From: Vicugna vicugna
Taxonomy: Eukaryota
Length of the DNA stretch: 64,000 nt
Direction of reading: 5' to 3'
Assembly: GCA_013265495.1 (NCBI GenBank)
Contig: MU058844.1
Coordinates: 8,307,260-8,371,259, forward strand
Shown: positions 54,661 to 64,000 of the stretch, in pieces
Layout: each line of letters begins with the position of its first letter
Numbering within the stretch: the stretch's first letter is position 1
Notes under the pieces: model-generated
The model's database searches: none
The model's input: the letters and a program-made list of their open reading frames with translations, nothing else
What the model was told of the DNA's origin: nothing
Position numbers and translations under genes: made by a program

Positions 54661-57600
54661 TGAACTTCCTGCCAGTATAATCATACAGCCAAAATGAATC
54701 TCTAAATGGGAAATTTCCCGTGACTAAGTTTAAGGAACCTAGGCATAGACCCTGGACACTGACCATGGATTGATTCCCACCTGGTGAGCTTGAAATACAC
54801 AGGATGTTCCTGGTGTCTCCTTCTTTGCTCCTGAGTGCTTGAGTTTCTACTCTGGTTTTTGATAACACTAAATCCTGGGTTTGGGAAACTGCATCAAGTC
54901 CGTGGATTGGATTGTTTTCTAAATTTTTTGGATCCAGATTTCTGTGTCCTATTAACCTTTGGACTCTGAAGCCCTGGACTCTATTTGAATTTTAATTCAT
55001 AGGAACAAGTACATTTGATTTTAAGTTTTAATTCTCTTAAGACTTTAACTTATAGGTTTTGTACTTTCATTTCTTTGGCAATTTACCTCACTGGTAAGGT
55101 AATTTGATTTCTGAATTTATCTCTTTAGATTCTGTAATTTTAAATGAGATTTAATCTTTGAAATTTAATTTTTCCCCAAGAAATGCATAACAAGAGAGGT
55201 TTACATTGAAATTCTGGTCATCTCTACGTTGTTAGCAATTTTATTTCAGGCTGTCTCTTTATCTCACTGTAGAAACCTTGAATAGTTGATTAGGAAGCAA
55301 AGTTTGACATTATTTGGGACAGACTATTGAATAGAGAATGACTTTAGAGTTATTACATTGATTTATCGTTCTGACAAATTTCAGAACATCAAAGGGCCAA
55401 ATAAACACTGGTCACCAGCATTCGTGGTGGCTGCCCAAAAAAGAAAAAGTGGTGCTGTGGGGACAATGGCCCCTTGAGGTTGGGAGTGAGACTTTCTGGA
55501 TAAATTCCTCCCCTGAGGGGAAAGCCACACTCCTGGTCAGGGACAGGCTCAAGCCAAATGGATTAAGGAAACAGAATTCTGAGCAGTATTTCAAGGGAAA
55601 CTCTTCTTGCTCCTTGCCTCACGTATCTGTCTTAGAGGAAGGACATCCAGCAGTGTAACCAGAACAGCAACTCTCCACTTTGTTGCCCTCTTCCACAATA
55701 GAGATGGAATGACTTGGAAAATTGGATGATATGGGATAAGGGTCTGTATCTCACCCTCTTCCTTCTCCTTTTAGGAGGTAGCTACTCTTCTGCTTGTTCC
55801 TATACACTTTAGGTTTCCCAGAGGCAACTCCCAACCACCACCACAATCCCCCTAGAGGTGGTCTGCAGTGTTCTAGGACTTCCAGTGACAGGGCGATTAG
55901 TCTGCCTAAGTCAGGTGCTCCAAGTAAGGAAGGCTGTTTCTAACACCTAACACCTAGGCTGTGTTCTCCAATGTCATCTTTATCAGTAAGAAAAACTGGG
56001 TAGGTATTCAGCAGGAACACATGAATAGGATTGTAAAAATGGTTAAAAATCAAAATACTACTGTACATGTTTTATAAATACTATAGTGGTAACTGCAAAT
56101 GGTTGTGATGTTAATTAATAATTAAACTATAAATGAAATAGTTCAAGGTAATGAGCTATTGTAATATTTAAAAATCCTTTACATCCAGTTCAGCCCAAAT
56201 CAGGGAAGGCAGGCAGCTATGCTGCAAAATCTTTGCCAAGTACTCTGCACTAGTTTATCATGATCTATGCATTAGCTGCTATTATTTGTAAATAGTCTAA
56301 TTTTGACTTTGGCTTTAAGTTAGTGTGTTGCAACTCATATAAGCAGAAAGTGTGTAGCATTTTGATATACTGAAATTCAAGAATTTACAACAAAATAATT
56401 TAAGTGAACTTCTAAATTTAAGAGATCCCAATGTTTGAATAAACTTCTTAACGAGAATTTCAGATTGTGTAGAATCCTCTGATACTGTAGGGTAATGAAG
56501 AAGAAATGATACTAACATTAAACCATAGCCTGAAACTATAACATGCAGAACAACCTGGAATGATGGGTGATATTTAAGGAGCAGTCCAAACTTAAGTGAA
56601 CAAGGCGTATATATGAATTAAAAAATTTTAACTTTGACTTTTTTAGTGGCATTAATGTTGATGCAAATGGTGCCTAAGGTTGCATTATTCTAGTTAAAGA
56701 GTTCGACAATATATTTCTTAAGAGTCACATCACATTTAGGTTTGGCTAAAGCTCATGATTCAAATAAAGAGAATGTACTTTGGTTGTTCTTGGACTTCAT
56801 TTTTTTCCCCTTCAGGACAGAAAATGGGGGCAAGGAATATTTGGGCTCTAAATCTCAAATCTTCTGATCCCTGTTCCTAACCTTAAACAGAACTAGAAAT
56901 TTTTAGTGGGAAGTGCTTATAAAATTTACTTTTGAAGACTCTCAGGTGTGAAAAAGGTAACTTAAAGTTTTTCTATATACAACACAATGTAACCTTGTTC
57001 ACAAGGCTGTAGTCTGCAAAAGGTAGATACTAAAATTTTACCCATTGAGGAGAACTCAATCATGCCCACTGTGAAGTTTAGTCACCTCACCTAATCAGTC
57101 AATTCAGACTGTGTTTCTCATCCCCTTCTCTTTCTCCTGTTCTCTATAGAGGGAATACACATTCCCTGGAGCTTATTCACAGGAGCAAGTTGCTACCTCT
57201 GATCCAGCTACCATCTTCCGTTGTCCCTGGCCTCTCTGGGGGCAGTTCAGTGTGTCTGGAAACTGGCAGCTGGTCTTTGTAGCATTCCCTGCTGGAGTTT
57301 CCAGTGCTGCAATAGCCTCTGGTTAACTTGAATGTGGACCCTGCATCCTTTCCCCCTGCTATTAGGTTTCTCCCAGTCCACTGGTCTCAGCATCTCCTCT
57401 CTCCTCCTTGGGAGTCAGGGGAGCTATGAAGCTGCCCTTAGACCCAGGCATTGGTACACCCTCTCCCGCATTCTGCTTTACTGCTCAGGGACCATGCTGG
57501 AAACCCTGCAGAAACCCGTAGTCTTTTATATTCTGGGAGACGTATTCTCAAGTATGTTTGGGTTTCCATCATCGTTTCCATCATGCCACTGCCCACCCAG

Positions 57601-58371
57601 CCCCATTCCAGAAATGTGGAAAAACCCATGAGCACCCTGCAGGGATTCACAATCTAAGGTCTAGGCATGTCCTTAATAATTCTCCCTTATTACCCATTAC
57701 CCTAATTTCCCTATCTCTTTGAGACAGAAAATTACTTTTACATTGTCACAGATTCCCCTTTATTCTCTGATTTATACATAAACATTGTGCTCTGAGAATT
57801 CCAAGAATTTCAGGCTTCAGAGACCATCAGAATGTTTTATCACTCAAAGAAGCCTAGCTTCTACATTAGAAAGGCTTGCTTTCAAGACTGTAGCTTATAC
57901 CATGGACTTTTTACAAAGCTTAATTTGAAACTGGAAGATGAGCAATGCCTTCTTCTCAGTTATACTCTCAATGGCCCTGAGGGCATTCACAAGCAAAGCT
58001 ATTGTGGCTGCCTGGATGGCGAGAGAATAATTGGTATGAGAAACCATGAGGAAAAGAAGCAGAAATCAGTTTATATCAAAATATTAACCACAATACTTTA
58101 CACAAGGCATCAGCAAAAAGGAAGCACTGTTCAAATCTTTTAAAATATATTTTCCTATTCCTCCTATCTTTAAAATTGTAGTGAGAGCCAATTTTTAGTA
58201 AAACAGCTACCCGTGGTACACATGGCCAAAATGGAATGTGAGTTAGCTTATGTATAAGAGAGAAAGATTTATTATAAAGGCACAGATCTAACTTAAGTAA
58301 ATCAAGGACAAAAAATGGGATTGCTGGGCTTATAAAGCAACTGAAACCAGGCACACGTACCATCAGGACCA

Positions 58372-58740
58372 CAGGTATACCAGAACCAGCCCTACCAGCT
58401 CGTCAGAGTCAATGATTAAATTTAGGAATTTTGTAAGCTGTTTGTAAAACACAATCGTCATTAAAAATAAAGCAAGCTTACAGCTAAGTAAATTATGTTA
58501 TGCAGTAAATAATCAGGCCTCATCCTTCCCTAATTTTTTTTACTATTACTGATTTCAATATTATCTATTTGTTATCTTACTATTATCTATGCTCTTCAAA
58601 TTACTTAGATTTATTGTATCTGTATGTTGGACATATTATATAATGCGGTGTTCCTGGAAATCTCTTTCCAACTCACATTTGGTGATATTCCATTAGTAGT
58701 ATTTTGAAATCAGCCATGCTAGAAAAATTCTTGCCATTGT
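58372..58740 (+). mobile_element. hAT-Blackjack element (MER63-like)
   Basis: GATTAAATTTAGGAATTTTGTAAGC...TATTATCTATGCTCTT...TATTGTATCTGTATG...TTCCAACTC...TTGAAATCAGCCATG. Confidence 0.8.
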
Positions 58741-59130
58741 CAAGGCAAGTTAAAGAGTTCTTTTTGCCAGATTCAAATGGCTAGACTGGTCTCTTTCTCT
58801 GAAAGTGAGACTTTGACACAAGTTTAACTGCAGAAGTCGTCTTTCAAGCTGCCGACGGAAGGCCAAAAAAACAGAAAGATTCTTTGTGAAAACAAGTTAA
58901 ACTCTCACTAACCCCAGGAAGTTCAGAGGACTTATTTTCCCAAACTCTCATAATTCTAGTTAATTTGTCAAAAAATGTATTCTGCAAAATATAAAGGGTT
59001 CTTTTTCAAAATTACTTCAAAAGCTAGGGACTCTCCTGAGCTTTCTTCCTAGCCAAGATGATAGAAAAATGCTTACTGTACAGAACGATGCAATTCAAGT
59101 CCCTCTACAAATGTGACATATTATTCCAAT

Positions 59131-59663
59131 TGTTAGACAGTAGACAAGTGGGAGCACTGGGTAGACAGGCGGAGGAGAGGGAGGTTAGTCCAGAAGATGG
59201 TGATATGCCTGCTTTCAGCATAAGGGGCTCTACTTCCTCTAAATGACTGCCAGTAAGAAACTGGTAGGGACCCAACGGCCAAAGACTGCACAGTATCAAC
59301 AAGGACCTAACCGGACATGACCAGATGCTCACTGCCATATAATTAGCATTGCAGTTTAAGCCCCCTTCCCATGGGCTTTTCTGTGTGCAAACACATGTGC
59401 AGACGGGGACAAGCATGACTAAGCACATCAGGGCCAAGAGCCACCAATCAATCAGGAGACTACACATATGCAAGGGTATAAAACAGGGGACTGAGAAAGA
59501 CTAGGCCATCATCTCCTGGATCAGCCTGCCTCCTGCTCTTGGAGGTGAACTTTCACTTTGTTAAGAAAATCTTTAATATCTTTTGCTACACAACGCTTTT
59601 GTCTCCCATCTTCTCTTTCAGGCAAGACAAGAACTGAGCCCTTTTCCCCTTTGGAGAGTAACA
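59131..59663 (+). mobile_element. ERV1-class solo LTR (MER50-group-like)
   Basis: TGTTA...TAACA inverted termini; CCAATC and GTATAAAA; U5-like GGCAAGACAAGAAC. Confidence 0.7.
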
Positions 59664-60194
59664 TAGTTACGTGACAAATCTGCCTATAATCTCATTGCTT
59701 GACATGAAGAAAGCAACCACTTCAGGAATTCCTTGTTGAATTCTGTCATATGAGAATAAAATTTTAGCGGTTCTGTTATTCTTCTTTTTAAAATTTGAAG
59801 AATCAGCTGAATCTCCTAGAAATCCACTTTTGACTATGACAAAATATTTATTGTTCTTCTGGATGACTTTCATCCCTAAACTGTCCGCAATAGCTTAAAA
59901 AAATTTGCAAATGAAATAACTGCAAGTCAATTCAAAACAGTTCATGTTTAAATGCTAAAGATTTTCTGATTTTTCTTTTAATTCCAATAATTCTATATAA
60001 ACTTGACTTTCAAAGAAACCATGAACAAATTGAGAATAAACCATGTTATGATGCAATACAAAAATGTGTGTTTTAATTTTCAAAATTAAAACTCTTTACT
60101 ATTCTAATTAATATGGCCCTGGATCATGTCTCATATCTACTTTACCAGCTGTAACATATTTAGATAACTAGGTCAGAGCTCCTTTCATTTCTCT

Positions 60195-60654
60195 TGTGAA
60201 TGAAAAATATTGCCAGCCATATCAGCAAAGGAGGCTGTGGCCATTAAGTCATCAGCCACAACCGCCACCCTTGACAGCGAGCAGAGGGAACGCAGGGTGG
60301 AGACAAGCGGGCAGCCCGGGATCTGCTACCACCCCCAATGGTGAACCCCAAGGGGACTCAGGATGTTGGTCCTAGATAGCTAGGTACTTATCAAAGGAAT
60401 GAGTTCAATGAGCCCAAACCTTTGCATATACTGAGATATCTGGTTTTCTTTAATTAACAGTAATATTTTGATGTTCCAACTACCTAGTCTTTGTTGCCAA
60501 AACTTCTATATATCCTGGCTTCTCCCTTGCCTGGGCAAAACAGTCTCTTAGAGCAATCTGAGAGGCTGCCTCTTGGGCTCGAGCCGTCAGAATGTCCGCC
60601 AAATAAAACATAACTCTCAACTTTTAGGTTGTGGATTTTATTTCAGTTGACACA
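60195..60654 (+). mobile_element. ERV1-class solo LTR, relatively young (CpGs retained)
   Basis: TG...CA termini; CTATATA (~60506); AATAAA (60602); candidate TSD CTCT on both sides. Confidence 0.75.
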
Positions 60655-63584
60655 CTCTTCTAAATATCTCTGCCTAGTTAACTTATCTCAAAGAATGGAA
60701 TCCTAGATTTTGTGGGAACTGTGATCAAATCCAAGACAGGGATATTAATGTGTATTTCTGATTAAATAGTAATTAATGCAGTGGTTGTCACTGTTTCTAG
60801 GCGTTTTCAATATAAAAAGGTATGTAATAAGGTGTTATACTTTGTTATTTTTAGCAAGAGAAAAAAAATAAGCTGAACTGATATTTCAGTAAAAATATTA
60901 CATGACTTTTACTTAATATTTTGAATTTGTATTTTTTATTTTACAAATCTTGGTTCCTAAAGATATTATCATAATTGTTCATTTCTTCTATTCTCCACTG
61001 GGTAATTAGAAATTTAAAATATTACGTAATGATACTCAATTTTTTATGACTTTTTTTTTAGAATAAATTCTGCTAGGAATGTACAGTCAAATTACTATGT
61101 TTTAAAGTCACTTGAATTAATTCTTCTCAATATTCATTCATCTCACAATGAATCACCAATTTTTGATCACCAATATTGCAAATGCCTAATTTGTAAGGTG
61201 GAAATGTGAGTGTCTCTAGCTTTTCTTTCATCTCTTCAAATCTTTATCTTAGCCTAACTTCTAACACTTACACTTTTCACTTTTATACAGTCAAGGTTAT
61301 TAGCATATATAATTGTCTCTACAGTCAGTTATCGGAATTTGCTGTTTGATTTGGTTTGGGTTTCTGGAATTTCTAATTGCCTTTCTTTTATTTCTTGAAC
61401 AATTTGATTTTATCGTGTCTTAAACAGATAACTTTTTATGAACATCTTTCAGAGAAAGGCCTCCATTTTTCTGCTCTAATATGCATTTTTTGCTCTCCAG
61501 CAAGGCAGCCTTGCTCCCTAGCTGTCATTCTTCCTTTCATTGACCCTCAGTTTTGTTTCTCCATTTCCTGCCTCTCACATTTATTCCCTTGTTTTGCTAG
61601 GCTAAAGTAAACTCCTGAAAAAGGTGTTTGGAAGGTGCACTGGGCTTAGTGTAAGTACTCCTGCAGATCCATGCAGCCACTCTGCTCTCCCTGTGTGCCT
61701 CAGTCATCCCTTTGGCCTCTTGCCCAGAGCACATCCACAATGGCTCAATCCATCCCCGCAGTCGCAGAGCCAGGCCTCTGCTGCAGTCGCTGCTACAACT
61801 ACAGTATGAAGAGGCCCAACCACGGTGCAGTGTTGGCAAGAAGACCCGGACCAAGTAGCTTTACTGGGCCTGTAGGGGTTCCAAAACTGGCCCAGAGAGG
61901 TAGGTAACACAATCTTGACATGGTGCTGTGACATGGCGTGGCCTTGAACAATGGGAGACCTAAAAAGAAGCTAACAGAACACTTCTCTCCTCTTTCCTGA
62001 CTATGGACTGTGCTGGGACATAGTAACTCATATGGCCTCTCTGAAGATCTCTCTGAAACCAAGAAATCTGTTGCCTAATTTAAAAAGGTTCAACCAGCTC
62101 AGAGATGCACCACTTTAATTTTCTACGCCTTCTTCCCTACTTCACGTCTCTCTTTCCCTCATTCTTGCTTTATGGAACTGAACCACCTCGTAAAGTACTG
62201 GTACCTCACATTTATTACTATGAGTTTATTTCCATTCTTGTTTTCTTTTTCTATTTTTCTGTAATTTTACTTCAGCGATGTAAAATTACAAGACTCCAGA
62301 GGGACAGTAGGCAAACTTTCGTAATTAGTTTGCCATTCTGAACAGCATGTCAATGCCGCTATTTTAGGAGTTATGAGTATCACACTGGGCAAGTTCATGC
62401 ATTTGGGCCAAGGCAAGAGTAACTTTGGTTCATTCAGTTATTCAATGAATATTCATTTGTGATAAACCTATGCTAGATGCATGGGATTCAGAAATAAGAG
62501 ATATGTTCTCATCCTCAAACTGATCATTTCTAATGGAAATAGACATATTTTCTGAAGAAATACTCTGGTAATTTCTCAGTCGTAATACACATTTCTTGCA
62601 GTTTAATTTTTGTCAAATCTCTTCCCAGAGCCTCTGTTCTGTCCTTATTTCTAGGAGCTACTAACCTGAAGGCTGGCCTTAACAGTCTTAATCACCTTTT
62701 CTTTAGCTGTTTTTTTTTTTTTTAAACTTCTTTCTGCCATGGCTGAGAAATGACTGTTCATAACAAAGGGTGGAAATGATGCCAAAGGGAAAGTAACATT
62801 TTTCTCTTGGTCTTTTTTCCTAATTTACTAAGCTATTGCATCCATTTTCTCATGTGTTTCTCACAACCCAGAAGGTTAACAGAGCGGGTGTTGTTTCTTC
62901 GTTGTATAGCAGAGGAAATTAAGGCCCCGCAAGATGAACTATCTGGCTCAGGGGTAAAAAATGCAAAATCAGGCAAGAATTCCAGTCACATCTCTTGGAC
63001 CATTTTTCTCCAGTGACATTTTAATAGAGCTCCAAGGCCCAGGTGAGAGATGGAAAGACAGTACAGGAATCTCTCTGCCTTCTGTTCCTAGCACCCTCTA
63101 TGGACTCAGCTACGTGTGATCTCAGATGCAGAGACCAATTTCAGAATTTCCAGGATCAAAGGAAGAGTGAAAGAATCAGGCTCAGGAGTAAGAATACGGT
63201 GGCTCTGGGGGTCAGAGCAGCTCAGTTGTCCTGTAGATCCTGTTCTGATGGCTCCTTTCCCAAATCAATTAGCCCTTGCTTTCGGTCCCCCTATCTTTGC
63301 ATCAGGCTGTCCAGCTCACCTGCTGAGTCCCTGACATGTGTTGTGGGATCTCTTTACTTCCATTCACTTGGATGCCCACTTGTTATCTCATCCCTGCCAG
63401 ACAGGTTAGATATTTAATAAAAAATGTATTAAATCAGTACATGAATGAATACAAGTACATCCTAATCTGAAATTCTGCTTCAGTCTTATTTGTAAAACTT
63501 CAGTTCTGTCATTTCTTTCCCTTTCCCCTATTTCTTTAATTTCTCCTCTCATGTCTTGCCATGTTTGTTTTCATAGAAGAGCAG

Positions 63585-64000
63585 TAATTTGAGTTTTTTT
63601 GGTTGTAAGCAAAAGAAATGGATTTTGCTAGACTAAGCAAAAACTTTAAAAAACATAATAAAAAATAAATACATGTAAGTAACAGGGGGAAATTCAAAAA
63701 ATAGAAGGAAAAGTGAAAGAACCAGGCCCACTAGGAGCAAAAATGAGATGGCTCCAGGGATCCAAGTAGCTGAATTGGACGGACAGGCTTGTCAGCTTGC
63801 CGCTGCCACAGTGATTCAGCTTCCTCAGTTTTCTTGTCCTAGAATAAGTGTGTCAGGAGCCAAAGTCCCAGAGAGTGAGCCTGACCTGTCTAGCGTTGGG
63901 TCATATACTAAAGCCCTAGCTAGGGGACAACTTGACCAAACCGTCCCCTAAGATGGTAGACAATGGCAAGAATGAATTTCCCCAAGAGAGCTGAAAGTAT
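63585..64000 (-). mobile_element. Old MaLR LTR remnant (MLT1J/K/L-like)
   Basis: TTTTTGGTTGTAAGCAAAAGAAATGGATTTTGCTAGACTAAGCAAAA...GACCTGTCTAGCGTTGGGTCATAT. Confidence 0.5.

Overview
AT-rich, repeat-dense mammalian non-coding DNA (intergenic or deep intronic). It is most likely from a camelid, based on a tRNA-Ala-derived Vic-1-like SINE and the absence of recognisable BovB/Bov-tA/PRE1/Alu. I see no intact protein-coding gene. Well-supported content: two processed ribosomal-protein pseudogenes (RPL35 on +, RPL21 on -), several L1 fragments (one ~3.4 kb with RT motif, one inverted and nested), L2/MIR relics, MaLR/ERVL/ERV1 solo LTRs, hAT/Tigger DNA-transposon relics and microsatellites. Repeat subfamily names come from recalled consensus sequences and need RepeatMasker/Dfam confirmation. 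The best candidate for something undescribed is ~52.9-54.7 kb. It looks like a decayed ~400-codon reading frame that I cannot assign to any repeat or gene, just downstream of a canonical splice acceptor. Smaller observations include a 64-bp templated copy of a MER5A junction, a perfect 4-unit heat-shock element, a TOP/cap-G full-length RPL21 retrocopy and two enhancer-like unique segments.
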